Shown here: piece after piece, positions 31,894 through 45,159 of the stretch
Numbering within the stretch: position 1 is the first letter of the stretch
Layout of the letters: each line of letters starts with the position of its first letter
From: the human T2T-CHM13v2.0 reference genome, Homo sapiens
NCBI RefSeq assembly: GCF_009914755.1
Contig: NC_060938.1
DNA length: 64,000 nt
Direction: 5' to 3' (one strand)
Program-made: the position numbers and the translations under genes
The notes under the pieces: generated by a model
Database searches by the model: none
The model's input: the letters and a program-made list of their open reading frames with translations, nothing else
Told to the model about the DNA's origin: nothing

Positions 31894-32211
31894 GGCCAGG
31901 CGCGGTGGCTCACGCTTGTAATCCCAGCACTTTGGGAGGCTGAGGCAGGTGGGTCACTTGAGGTCAGGAATTCGAGACCAGCCTGGCCAACATGGCGAAA
32001 CCCCGTCTCTACTAAAAATACAAAAATCAGCCGGGTGTTGTGGAAGGTGCCTGGAGTCCCAGCTACTCAGGATGCTGTGGCAGGAGAATCACTTGAACCT
32101 GGGAGGCAGAGGTTGCAGTGAGCCAAGATCACGCCACCGTACTCCAGCCTGGGTGACAGAGTGAGACTCTGTCTCAAAATAAATAAATAAATAAATAAAT
32201 AAAAATAAAAA
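31894..32211 (+). mobile_element. AluSx/Sz with (AAAT)n tail
   Basis: Full Alu. Confidence 0.95.
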
Positions 32212-32595
32212 ATTGCAGTTGGGGTAGGGAGTAAACCAAGATAAAAGGTAAATATGGATATGAAATTGTGATAAATATTATATGTAAATGTTGACATCTA
32301 CAATACATGAAAAGCTCTTATAACTCTATAACAATAATTCAAAATTACCAATGACAAATGGTTAAAAGTTACAGAAGGAAAAATATTTTAAATACCAAAT
32401 TTAAGTAAATGTTCAACTTGCCAGGTAAGTGAAGTGAAATATAACTGTAATGTCGCACTTTACACTCACCAAAATAGCAAGTAAAGACAAGTGAGAAAGA
32501 CCAGAGTTGGCAAGCCTCCAGGGAACAACATACTATGATTCAGTGATAGTGTTTCAAATTCTTTGGAAGACAGACAACAAGTAAGTAGAACTACA

Positions 32596-32682
32596 AAAGA
32601 AAGAAGCAAGAGGGAAAGAGGACGTAGGGAGAAGAAGGGAAGGAAGGAGGGAGGAAGGGAGGGAAGAAGGAAAGAAGAAAAG
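32596..32682. repeat. GA-rich low-complexity polypurine tract
   Basis: (GGAA/GGGA)-rich run. Confidence 0.85.
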
Positions 32683-32744
32683 ATTAGGTTTTTGACCCAT
32701 TAATCTTATTTCTGAAAATGTATCCAAAGAAAATATATTTTAAA

Positions 32745-34070
32745 AATTTCTGCTCTTCAACAAACACAGGTAAGGCAATGAACAGACAAGCTACAGCCTA
32801 GAAGAAAAATCTTTGCAAAGTACATACCTGATAAAGCAATACATAAAGAACTCTCAAAACTCAATAATAAAGCAAATACCACGTAAAAAATAGGTGAGAG
32901 ATTTGAACAGATACTTCACTAAAGAAGATATGATGGAAAATACGCACATGAAAAGATATTCAACGTCATTAGTCATTACAAAAATACTGACTGAAACAAC
33001 AGTGAGAGATACCACTACATGCCTATAAAAATGGCTAAATTTACAAAGATCGAGTGTTAGTGAGGATGCAGAGCACCTGGAATTCTCATTCACTGCTGGT
33101 AGAAATGAAAACAGGTACAGCCACTTCGGAAAAATTAGGCAGTTTTGTAAAAAAACTAGACATATAATACATCTACCACACGGTCCAGCCATTCCACCCC
33201 TAGCTACGTATCCAAGGGAAAAGAAAGCACATATCCATTCAGACTTGCACACCAATGTTCACAGCTGCTTTATTTGTTTAATGCCCCCAAACTGGAAACA
33301 AACCCAACGCCCATCAACATGGTACATTGTTACAATGTACTCAGCAATGGAAAAGGAATGAACTGTTGATACATGGTATCCCATGGATAAATCTCAAAAT
33401 AATTACACAGGGTCAAAGAAGCCAGACCAAAACAAGTACATATTATATGATTCCATTTATATAATATTGTAGAAAATGAAAACTAATGTGCAGTGTCAGA
33501 AAGCTGTTCAGTGGTTATCTGAGAAGAGGGAAGGGGGAACAGGGAGGTGGGAAGGGGTAGGAGGGTGGGAGCAACTGCAAAGGGATACAAAGAAACTTTC
33601 TATTTTTTTTTTCTTCCTCCAGGCAAGGTCTCACTTTGTCACCTAGGCTGGAGTGCAGTTGCATGGTCACAGCTCACTACAGCCTAAAACTCCTGGGTTC
33701 AAGTGATCCTCCCTGGTCAGCCTCCAGAGTAGCTGGGACTACAGGGGACTACAGGGACATGCCACCATGTCCAGCTAATTATAAAAAAACCCCATTTCTT
33801 TAGAGATGGGGTCTTGCTGTGTTGCCCAGGCTGGTCTTGAAGTCCTGGCCTCAAGCAATCCTCCTGCCTTGATCTCCCAAAGTGCTGAAATGACAGGCAT
33901 GAGCTACTGTGCCCAGCCCCAAAGAAACTTTTAATGGTGATGGCTATCTTCAATATTTGACTGTAGTGATATTTCATGTGTATACATACCAAAAATTATT
34001 CAAGTATGTTAAATTATTAAATATATGTAGTTTATTACACATCAGTTATATCACAATAAAAATGTAAAAA
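32745..34070 (+). mobile_element. L1MC/MD 3' end interrupted by AluJ
   Basis: TTTGAACAGATACTTCACTAAAGAAGATAT ... CCCAAACTGGAAACAA ... ATGATTCCATTTATAT. Confidence 0.85.
33601..33918 (-). mobile_element. AluJ
   Basis: Reverse Alu with J diagnostics; TSD CAAAGAAACTTT. Confidence 0.9.
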
Positions 34071-34951
34071 ATAATTTAGATAAAAAATCATTTATACCAT
34101 TATCTTTTACAATGGTAAAAATCTGTTAGGAAATCCCAATCCAACAATAGGAATATGACTCAGTAAACTATGGCTCATCAATTTACCATAAAGCTTTTCT
34201 GTTATTAAACATAATACATATAAAGACCACATAGACATAAACTTCCTCATAGTAGGACACAAAACCACATATACAATATTATTACAGCTATACAAAAGCC
34301 TAGGATTACATAAGGCTAAAGACTGGAAGAGGCTATAGAAAAACCTAACAGTTGTCATAGTAAAGAAAGGGATTACAGGTGTTTAAGTGCAGAGCTGTCG
34401 ATTTTTTTTCTTTATTCACAAAGAATAGCATGCTTGTTTTTTAGAGGTTTAATAACATCTTTCTAAAGCTCTCTCCAAAGGAGTTGGGAAGTCCTGCCAC
34501 CAAAGAGACAAAGAAACTTAAGGAAATTTAAATGCTGAATTCCCCAGCAAAATATTCATCATTTGCCTTTTTCCTCTCTCCTTCCACTCTTCTCCATTCC
34601 ACCGCCCCCACCACTCTCACCGTTGGCCTTTCCCTGGACACTGTCTCACTCAGGTCCTTCTCATTCCTCCCCTAGCTACCATCTCAGTGCTGCACACTAG
34701 ATTTCAGTCCCTACACTGCCATCTAGACAGGCGACATCACATATTTCCCTCATCAAAACGTTAGAAGACTCCCACTCGGCCCACATAATACAGTTAACTC
34801 CTTCACAAAGTCTCTCAGGAGCTACAGTAACCTCTACTTGCAGCCTTATTTAAACATTATTTCCTTATTCCCAAACTGCAGCCTCTTATTTGCTATTCCT
34901 TAATTCCTATGCAGTACTCAAAGTTTTAGGGGTATAAAAATGAGTAATAGA

Positions 34952-35642
34952 TGTATGATGGTTAATTTTATGTGTTACCTTGGCTAGGCTATGATGCCCA
35001 GTTGTTTGATCAAATACCAGTCTAGACATTGCTATGAAGGTAATTTTTAGATTTTTAGATATTATATATATAAAATATGTTATATGTTTTATACATAATA
35101 ACATATATATTTATATGTGTATGGTTTCTCTTTGTCACACAGGCTGGAAGGCAGTGGCCTGATCTCAGCTCACTGCCACCTTGAACTCCTGGGATCAAAT
35201 GCCTGGCTAATTTTTTATTTTTTGTAGAGATGGGGGTCTCACTATCTTGCCCAGGATGGTCTCCAACTCCTGGGCTTGAGCAATCCTCCTGCCTTGGCCT
35301 CCCAAAGTGCTGGGATTACACCTGTGAACCACTGTGCTGGGCAGTGATTAACATTTCAATCAGTAGACTTTGAGTAAAGCAGATTGCGCTCCATAATGTA
35401 AGTGGACTCATTCAATTAGCTGAAGGTCTTAAGGGCAAAGACTGAGATCTCCCAAAGAAGAGGCAATTCTGCCTCAAGACTGCGGTAACAACTCTTACTT
35501 GAGTCTCCAGCCGGCAGCCTTCCCTATGAACTCTGGACTTGCCAGCCCCCACAATCCTGCAAGCCAGTTCCTTAAAACCAGTCTTTCTCCCCTTATGTAT
35601 ATAAATCCTATTGTGTCTGTTTCTCTGGAGAGCTGTAATACC
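34952..35642 (+). mobile_element. MLT2D/MLT2C-type ERV-L LTR interrupted by an Alu fragment
   Basis: TGATGGTTAATTTTATGTGT ... GTAGACTTTGAGTAAAGCAGATT ... CCTATTG.GTCTGTTTCTCTGGAGA. Confidence 0.85.
35125..35343 (-). mobile_element. AluJ, internally deleted
   Basis: Reverse Alu lacking part of the right arm. Confidence 0.85.
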
Positions 35643-35744
35643 ATATGGCTCCTATGCTTATAAAACTCAGGCAAATCTAGGAAATAGGAATATAAACAAA
35701 TAATAAAACCCAGTGTGGAGGGTACCACACTAGCCCTTCTGCCA

Positions 35745-38700
35745 TAAAGAATGAAAAATATATTTTTAAAAATCACTTTCAGAGATTGGACAACAGAGAG
35801 TAAGGCCTGTGGTCCCTGAAAAGAAAAACAAATGAAGTGAGCCCTGGGATGGTCCTAGCTTTCTGCCTAGAGGCACCGTTTGGATGGAGGTGCGGGAGAG
35901 GGAAACTTGAAAACAGAGAACCTAACCTATTTCACACCAGGAGCACACCCTTTTTAAACACCTCCTCCTCTATGTGACAAAACTATTTTCAGCAACACTC
36001 ATGTAATAATGAGCAATAATCATGACTTTCTTGATTTAGTCTCTGGTTTTAAAACACACATGAACAATCCAAAAAGGAGAATAAATATCACTTTACAAAA
36101 TATCATTCAAATTTAGTAAAATCATCCAGGTGTAAACTACAATTTACACATAACAAACATAAACATTACACATGACATTTCCCACTTTCTCACTATTTTC
36201 CATTTTAAACACAAATTAAAACTCTGAAGTAGTCATATAGATAAAATTTAATAACTCGAGGTTTTTTTTATGTTTACAACCACTGTGTTATCATTGTTTA
36301 CACCGAATCTATTGTTAAAACACTGGAGCTTCTGGTGCGACCAGAGATGAAAACACTAACTGCACCTAAAGCCAGTTCAAATGATTCTGAACTGTTATAA
36401 ATGTATTCTCAAAATGAGCAAGTGTGGCTGCTTATTAAAACTAAGAAATAAAAGTGTACAATTTAAAGTTTATATATGTATTATTAAAACTCAGAGTAAC
36501 TTCAGCAATTACTTAGAATGTAGGCGTATAAGCGTGCTTGTTTTCTTCCCCTGGCAGGAGTAGGTATTTAGAAACATGGTGATAAAAGAAGATAGACTTT
36601 GAGTCACTGTTTTAAAATTCTCTTCAGACAAATACTCCTAAATTTTCAGCACCTAGGTTGGATTGGTCCTCCCACCCCACCCTTGGCACTCCACTGGTTG
36701 GGAGAGGCTGAGAGTCTAGAATTTGTAGGGCAGAGTACAAGAGAAGGAGCTGTGCAGAAAAAAAGCTCCAGAAATTGGCCTCGGTGTCATTTGAGTCTGG
36801 TCAAATATTGTATGGACACACAGAGTGTGAGAATCCAAACCCATGGGAAAAGAACTTACAGGTACAGATCAGCTGGATGGCCACAGGACTTCACAGAGGG
36901 CTTGTGCATGCTGAGGTTCTGACTACTGAGAGTGGAGACCTCACTGAATACCTACATTATTCAATAGACACCACAAAGGCCATACCTCAGAAATAGGGCT
37001 AAATCAGTCACGGAGTAAAAGCTATTCTAGAACTATCCTAACAAAGCTTATAAACCAGCCTGAAAATATCAAGCTGATTTGCAAGTAAACTTAGAACCTG
37101 CCAGAATACATCGCAATACTCTTTAAAAGAAGACATCAAAATCCTGCTACTTGGCCATCATAATGGTTGTAATTGTGATAGGCAGAATTCCTAGGAATAA
37201 CCCCCAAGATTACACATCCTGAACATATGAAAGTGATGAGCTATAACTCCTGTGATTGTTATATTACCCAGGTGGGACTAATCTAAACCTGTGAGCACAG
37301 AACTTTCTCCAGTGTGTAGTAAAAGAGGAGGTCGAAGAGACTCAAAGCCCAAGAAGAATATGACATACCATTGTTGCTTGAAGATGCAGAGGATCACATG
37401 AAAAGGAATATGGGCATCCACCAGGGCCAGAGAGTAGACCCTGGCCAACAGCCTGTAAGAAAATGAGTACCTCAAACCTACAGCCACAAGGAACTGGATT
37501 CTATTAACAACCTGAGTGAGCTTGAAAGTAGATTCTTCCCATGAACTTCCAGGTAAGAGCCCATCCCAACCAACACCTTGATTTTGACCTCCTGAGACCC
37601 TAAGCAAAAACAATGAGTCCACCATGCTGCGGACCTTCATAAGTGAAATGAAAATGGGTGTTGTTTTCAGCTGTTAAGATTGTGGCAGTTTGTCATGCAG
37701 CAATAGAAAACTAATATAATAATACTCAGAATCCAATCAAAACATTACTATACATGCTAAGAAGCTGGAAAATGTGACCAATAAGCAGGAGAAAAATCAG
37801 ACAATGGAAACAGAATCAGAAACAACAAAGCCAATAGAATTAGTTGACAAGAACTTTTAATTATAAGTATGCTCTAGTATTTAAAGGAAGGCATGGATAT
37901 AGTAAAGACAGAAATGGAAAGTATTTTTAAAAACCCAGTGGAACTTCTAGAGATGAAAAACATAATATCTGAAGTTAATAATTCATGGACTGGGATCAAT
38001 GTCACATTAAATATTGCAGAAGAAAACTTCTGTGAATGTAAAGACACAGAAATAGAAATTCTCCAAACTAAATCTGAGAGAAAAAGAAACGAACAGAGGA
38101 ATGAAAAGAGCATCAGTGACTTGTGGGGCAATATCACGTGGTCTAACATATGCATAATTGGAGTACCAGAAGGTTGAGGAAGAAGAAAAAAACATTCAAA
38201 AGAATGATGGCCAAACATTGTGCAAATTTGATGAAAACTAAAATTCTACAGATCCAAGAAGCTCAATGAACTCTAAGTAAGATAATGAAGAACACTATAA
38301 AAAACAACACCATAATCAAATTGCTGAAAACTGGCAATAAAGACAGTATCTTAAAAGCAGAGAAAAAGACATACTTGTTCAGAGAAAAAAATATATAAAA
38401 ACTACCACTGACTTCTCATCAGACACCATGGGAACCAGTTAGAATTACAATGTTAAAGTGTGGAAATATATATATTTCAAAACAAAAGTAAAATAGAAAC
38501 ATTTTCAGACAAACAGAAACTGATAAAAATTTGTGGCCAGCAGACATTAAATTTAAGGAAGTTCCTTAGGCTTATGGAAAATAATACGAAATGGAAAACT
38601 GGATCTACAAAAGGGAAAGAAAAGTACTGGAAATAAAGGTAGAAAAGGGGGATAGAGGAAAACAAATGACAAATGAGAGAAATAGGAAATGTGAAGATGT

Positions 38701-40075
38701 AGACTTAGACCCAATGATATAAATAATTACATTAAATGTAAATATGCTAAATATTAATTAAAAATCAGGATTGCCAGAAAAGATGAAAAAGCAGACTCAA
38801 CTGTATGCTGTCCTTAGGAAATTCACTTTAAATATAAAGACACAGATACGTTAATAGTAAAAGAATAAAAAATGATAATCACAGCAAAGAAAGAATAGCC
38901 ACATCAATATTACTGCTGAACAAAAAATACTGGTGGAGATAATAAGAGACATTTCATAATTATAGCAGGGTCGATTAATCAAGAAGACATAATAATTCTA
39001 AACGTATACGTACCTAATAACAGAGCTTAAAAATACATGAAGCAAAACATCGAGAGAACTAAAAGGAGAAACAGACAAATCCATTATCATAGCCGGTTAT
39101 TTTTAACATTTCTCTCTCAGTAAATGAGAGAACACAGAGACAGGAAATCAGTAAAAATAATATGACCAACACCATCAACCAACTTGACCTAGCTGACATT
39201 TATAGAGCCCCACTCCTGACACCTACAGGATATTCATTCCGTTCAAGTGCTCATGGAACATTTACCAAGATAGATGCTGGGACCAAAAAAAAAAAAAAAA
39301 AAAAAGTTGCAACACATTTGAAAAGATTGAAATTGAATAACGGAATGAAATTAGAGATCAATAACCAAAAAATTGGGAGAACTTTCAAATATTTGGAAAT
39401 TAAACAGTACATTTCATAATAACCCATGGGTCAAAAAAGAAAATTCAAGAAAAATTAGAAAGTATTTGGAATTAAATGACAGTGAAAATCCAACATATCA
39501 GAATTGTGGTATGCAGTTAAAGCAGTCCTTAGATGGAAATATGTAGTTTTAAATGCCTACATTTGAAAAGACTAAAATCAATGATCAAAACATCCACCTT
39601 AAGAAGACAGAAAAAGAGCAAGTCAACTAAAATAACTATAAGAAATAACAAGTAACAATGGCAAAAGTCAATTAACTGGAAAATGAAAAAATCATAGAGA
39701 AAATAAACGAAACTAAAAGATGCCTCTTTAAAAAAATTAATAAAGTTGATAGCCCTGAGCTAGACTGATGGGGGAGGGGAGAAGAAAACCCACAAATCAC
39801 CTATATCACAACTGAAAGTTAGAGCCTAGAGTCATTAAAAATATCATAAGGAAATAGTATATGTAATTTGTGCTAATAATTTTTAATTTAGATGAAAATA
39901 TTCTTTTACATTTTATTTCTCGAAAAAAAAAGAGAAAGAGAGAAAGAGAGCGAGTGCAAGTGTGAGATGTGAAGCAAGTATGGCCATATGTCAAAATGTG
40001 TTAAATTTTGCTGGCAGCTATCTGGATGCTTGTTATAATATTTTCTGTATGCTTGCAATGTTTTATAACTAAAAT
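35745..40075 (+). mobile_element. Long old L1M (MD/ME-type): 5' region, ORF1, 5' ORF2; contains insertions
   Basis: ORF1p-like ISDLWGNITWSNICIIGVPEG (ORF 37893-38177); endonuclease-like INQLDLADIYR..SSAHGTFTKID (ORF 39162-39419); many stops. Confidence 0.85.
37174..37718 (+). mobile_element. MLT1E-type MaLR solo LTR inserted in L1
   Basis: TGTGATAGGCAGAATTC ... CAGCCACAAGGAACTGGATTCT ... GCAGCAATAGAAAACTAATATA; TSD GTAAT/ATAAT. Confidence 0.85.
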
Positions 40076-40109
40076 AGTAAGTTAATTGAAAGAAAATTAC
40101 TTCCCAGGA

Positions 40110-40850
40110 TCATTCAATCAACAAATAATCATTGATCATCTACTATGCCATAGGTATTGGAGCAGGGTCCTGGGAATATAGTAGCCAATAAGACTGACAG
40201 GTTTCTGCCCTAATGGAGAGCAGGGTGGTGGGGGAGACAAACAAATAAGATCTCTCTTTCTCTCTCTCATATACATATATATGTAAGCTCTGTTATTATG
40301 TATGTATACATTTAGAATTATTATGTCTTCTTGATTAATTGACCCTGTTATAATTATGAAATGTATCATATATATATATAGTGGCAAGTGCTATGTAAGA
40401 AATGAATGCATGATGATAACATATTTACTAGAGGAAAGGGTTGAAGGTTTGCTTTAAATAGGGAGGGTTGGGGACCTAGGGAATATGAAATATGAAGGAT
40501 GGGTAACAGTCATACATGCCAAGGGAAATGAATTCTAAGAAGAAGGAACTATAAATGTGGGAACTCCCAGGCCAGAGAGAGCTAGAAAGACTGGAACACA
40601 GAGGGGAGGAAATGGTTTGAGACGAAGTTGAAGAGGTTAGATTTTTTTTTTTTTAATGCAGTAGGATGTCATTGGAGGTTTTAGGCAGAGGTGTTGGCTT
40701 TATGGTATCTTGGTCACCCTCTAAGAAATGGACTGTAAGAAAGGGAGAGCAGGAAGCTGTCGCAAAACTTCAGTTGAGAAAATATGACTTATAGTAGGAT
40801 GGTAGAGGTGGAGATAAAAAGAAGTGAAATAATTTGAGATTTGCCAGATA
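40110..40850 (-). mobile_element. L2 fragment
   Basis: TCATTCAATCAACAAATA..ATTGA ... CTACTATG, the antisense L2 3' end. Confidence 0.7.
40284..40364 (-). repeat. 81-bp inverted copy of 38949-39029
   Basis: Reverse complement matches 38949-39029 at 76/81 positions. Confidence 0.93.
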
Positions 40851-41186
40851 TGACTTGAGCTGAGTGTTTAAAGACTTGAGCTTGTCATTTTTTTTTTCCA
40901 TAAGAATGCCACTAAAGGCAGAATAGCCTCCCATTCCACACTTCTGACATCATCATTACTACTATAATGGCTAAGTGCAGCCGCCACTTGGTCCCTTAAG
41001 TTACTAGCTTCAGGCACTTCTTCACAATCAACCACAGGGGATAGTTTGATTAATCATGATGCCACGGCATGACCCGATTACTAACATTCCATTTCACATT
41101 GACAAGCTGCTCAGCACTGCATTTTGGGCCAAAGACACAATCAAACCATTCCCAGACCACCTGGGACCACTTCTGGTACCATTTAT

Positions 41187-41760
41187 TATATCAGTTGGGA
41201 TTCGGTTAGAAAATCAGAAACCACAGTGGTTATTTTAAAAGAGAGAATTTAATATAAAAGAAATAGGTTAGACAGGTATTGAAGAACAAAAAAGGCAAAA
41301 GAGGAATTCTGCAATTAAAAGGTAGTAACCATTAAAACACATGAAGCCTCTACCATCCTCAGGGCTGAAGAAACAAAGGGATGAGACTGAGGTTATTAGA
41401 ACCTAGGAGGCTGCAGGAAGGTCCTGTGGAGCTGGAACCCAGACCCCTGGAGAGGGTGCTAGAGGCTGAAGCTGCTGTCTCTGAGGGAGGACACCATAGG
41501 AAAACGCACGAAACTAGAACTGCAGACAACTGGAGTGAGGAACTGTTATAGGAGTGAGCCTCACAGGAACTGCAAGAGGACAGGAAGGAACACTCGCCTC
41601 TCCCTTCTCTGGCCGCCCGGTAGCCTCTGTATCTCCGGAGGACAGGACCTAAAGGGAAGCAGCTGGGAAACGAGAGATGTGGTTTGTCAGGCAGGTCTGG
41701 CCCCACCATGCAGAGTATAGAAGGGTGAGTTTGGAGCCCAGAGACAGTTGAAGGACCAAC
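41187..41760 (-). mobile_element. Old ERV-L-type LTR (LTR33/41/50 group)
   Basis: TATATCAGTTGGGATTC.GTTAGAAAA.CAGAAACCAC ... GAGAATTTAATATAAA terminus. Confidence 0.55.
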
Positions 41761-41809
41761 ATGCACTGCTTTTTCCATGACCATGTTTCATGAAGCAATT
41801 TTATTCACT

Positions 41810-42322
<513 letters not shown>

Positions 42323-42399
42323 ATTCAACCTGAGATGCATGTTTGTGATCTCTAATTAATATATAACCACTTATTGTATTGATATGACTGGTCTGTTAA

Positions 42400-44754
42400 C
42401 TGTACCCTAAAAGTGTATAAAAACCTATGAAAATGTAAGCATTTATTTTTATGACTGACTTTATACGTTTTAATTTTTAATCAGAATTTTTAACTTTGTG
42501 GTTTAACATTATTAGCTGATTAGAGCAATAATATTTGTTATTTTCACCCTCAATTTATGGAGGTGAAACAAGCTTCACTGGACTTTTTTTCGTGAGAAAA
42601 TACTTTTCTGAGTATGACAGGGGTAGAAACCAAATGATGACATGGAAGTGATTCTGAAGAAACCAAGACCCAAAGAGTTCATAGTGCTTTTCCCCAGAAC
42701 TATGATCCCTAACATGCTGAGTTCAGTTTAAAGCTGTAATCGATGTTGACATGCTAAAAACATAGTGTTCGGTTTTTTGTATGTACTGGCTATGAAGCAA
42801 TGAGACCATCAGAACTTATGGGGTGTTTACTTACAAAAATTCAGTTAAAAACCACAAGAATTTTTTGAAAGAAAGAATATTGGATTAAATAGCTTATGAA
42901 GCAGATGTTCAATATTTTACATATAAACATTAGGGCTTTACGGGCTTAATAAGAAGCAGTTCAGCTTGCCAAAATTAAGATCCATATACAGTTGGGGAGA
43001 TATTAGTGAAAAGACTGTATCAAAGGTATTTACTTGGAAATATTGGGTGAATCTGCAGCAAAGAAGGTGGCTCAAGCACTACTTTTCAGTGCCACCATAG
43101 CTCAGCATATCCAGGCACTGGCTAACGATCCAGAAGGCTAACCCATGGAGCAGTTAAAGCTGGCAACGTATTTTTCATTGCAGCATGATAATTGCACTCA
43201 CATTCCTGTTTATGTGCAATTGGAACATGATGGTGATATGAAGGAAGAGTTCTTTTTTTCAATTTTGTTGCTGACATACATAACTAAGTCTGAACTGTAT
43301 AAAACTATGAAAGATTATATTGTCAACAAATGTGGTTTGGAGTTTAAATTTTGTGTAGGGTATGTTCTGACGGTGCAGGAAATATTCTGGAGGAGTTATC
43401 CTGACTAAGGAGCTTGTACCAGAATGTAAATCTATGTTTTGTTTCTCTCATGAGGAGGTCCTGCTATGAAAAGAAATGTTGGTGGAACTAAACAGTGGGC
43501 TTAATGTTGTACTAAAAATTATGAATTAGGTAAAGGCTAGTGCGTTAAATCTTAGATTATTCTCTTGTGTTGCATGATACTATGGAAGCAGATCATAACC
43601 AGCTGTTGCTGCATGCTGGGGTACGATGATGACCAATAGGCTGTGTTTGAGAAAGTTTGAACTACAAAACAACTCTTAAATGTTTCTGCAAAATAAGAAG
43701 ACAATTTGGCCCCAACTTGTTGAAGATATGAATTGGACAAAGAGGATTGTTTATGCATCTGATATCCTCAGTAGTTTTAATGATCTTAATACTTCCATGC
43801 AAGGAATTAATGCAACATGTTTTTCAATGACAGGTAGAATCAAATGGCAAAAATGAAAGTTCAAAGCTTGGAAGAACAGTTTCTGCAGATTGCTATGACA
43901 CATGTTCCAAAATGTAACAATTTTAAATGACATAGTGATGATTCTGATATTGCACATCAATGAAGAGCAAACACCAAACACCTTAAATTTGATAAAGCAT
44001 TTTGAATTTTATTTTCCATCAAAAGAAGATCTATGTCTAAAAAATCCATGGATCTAGGATCCATTTATTTCACCAAAAGATAATTATATTTAATTATAAT
44101 TTACAGGATATATTGCTGGCACTCAGGTCTGTTGAGGGATTGGAAGACTTTGAAAGCATAGTGGCTCTGGCTCCATCTTAGATAAAATTTTAAAATGAAT
44201 AAACTGAGCTCACTGAAAATTGCTCTAAAATCTCTCCCTCCATTCCATTGTGAGACTGGTTTCTTTTGTATCATTATTAAAATAAAGCGTAGAAATTATT
44301 TAGATATACCTTATTCCCTACAAGTAGCCTTATTGGCAATTTTACCTAGATTAGGTAAAGTATCAAGTAGGAAGCAATCCCATTTGTCACATTAAAAACT
44401 TTAAATATTTATCCACATTGTGTTCAAAGTGTACAAATAGACATTTAATATGGGAATTCCATTTTCCCTTAAAATGAAGAAAACTTACAAGTGCAATAGC
44501 CTATTAATTGCTTACACGCATACTTTCAATGAACAAACACGAACAATTTTTGTATCTTTTTTCCTATACCCCAGTAATTTTTGCAATATAACTTCCTGTT
44601 TGCTAAAAATTACAACTTTTATTTTATATGTCTTTTTCAAAAATTTCATTTTTCTAGTAATTCACTTTTATTAATTTTTACAAAGTATCGGTTTGCAACA
44701 GACTGGAAATTTATAAAAAGTGGTTCTTTTCCACAGAGAGTTTAAGAAGCACTG
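42400..44754 (+). mobile_element. hAT-Charlie (Charlie2-like) element with a decayed, near full-length transposase
   Basis: EILGESAAKKVAQ, KEEFFFS, YIVNKCGLEFKFCVG, CSDGA, ADHNQLLLHAGVR, CETGF and C-terminal KQSHLSH* (44395); right TIR reads CAGTGCTTCTTAAACTCTCTGTGG on the minus strand; left boundary uncertain. Confidence 0.9.
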
Positions 44755-44889
44755 CCTTATAGGATGTAATATAAAACGAGCCTTTCCTTCAATATATATC
44801 CCTTTGAAAAGCATTAGTTAGCTTATAAAGTACCTTCTACCACCAGACTTGCTTTCAGTTACTTTATTTTGAACAGTACTAGTTGAGCC

Positions 44890-45137
44890 TGAAACAACCT
44901 CAATCAATGCCAGGTTTTGATGCTTACAGAGGTCACCTAATGAAACTGGCAAAAAATTTCACAGATCTAGTTCTCATGCTTAGTGCTATACACTCATAAT
45001 TGCAAATAGTGGCTATGGTTGTAAACAAACCTTTAAAAATCATTTTAAAAGCAACATAGTAAGTGGTTACATATTGGAGGTCACAAACATACATCACAGG
45101 TGAAATGGAAAAAAGAAAAAACTCCATACCTATCATA
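44890..45137 (+). mobile_element. pogo/Tc2-like transposase fossil, catalytic region
   Basis: From 44895, in frame: QPQSMPGFDAYRGHLMKLAKNFTDLVLMLSAIHS*LQIVAMVVNKP, then with shifts KNHFK/KQHSKWL; matches pogo/POGK D.FRGH..TD.V.IPGG.TS.LQ.LDVVVNKP. Confidence 0.7.
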
Positions 45138-45159
45138 GGTGAGATGAGAAGGCCCCTCC

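Larger units (their letters stand above)
30870..32520 (+). mobile_element. Highly degenerate L1ME fragments interrupted by two Alus
   Basis: A-rich texture with scattered L1 ORF2 motifs. Confidence 0.45.

Noticed and set aside
37893-39419. Active L1
   Set aside because: ORF1 and ORF2 are fragmented by stops, ORF2 is truncated, and the element is interrupted by an LTR.
43145-44395. Functional ZBED/Buster gene or ZMYM6 processed pseudogene
   Set aside because: Many stops and frameshifts, including at catalytic-region motifs; ends in a transposon TIR rather than poly-A; no ZMYM zinc-finger sequence.
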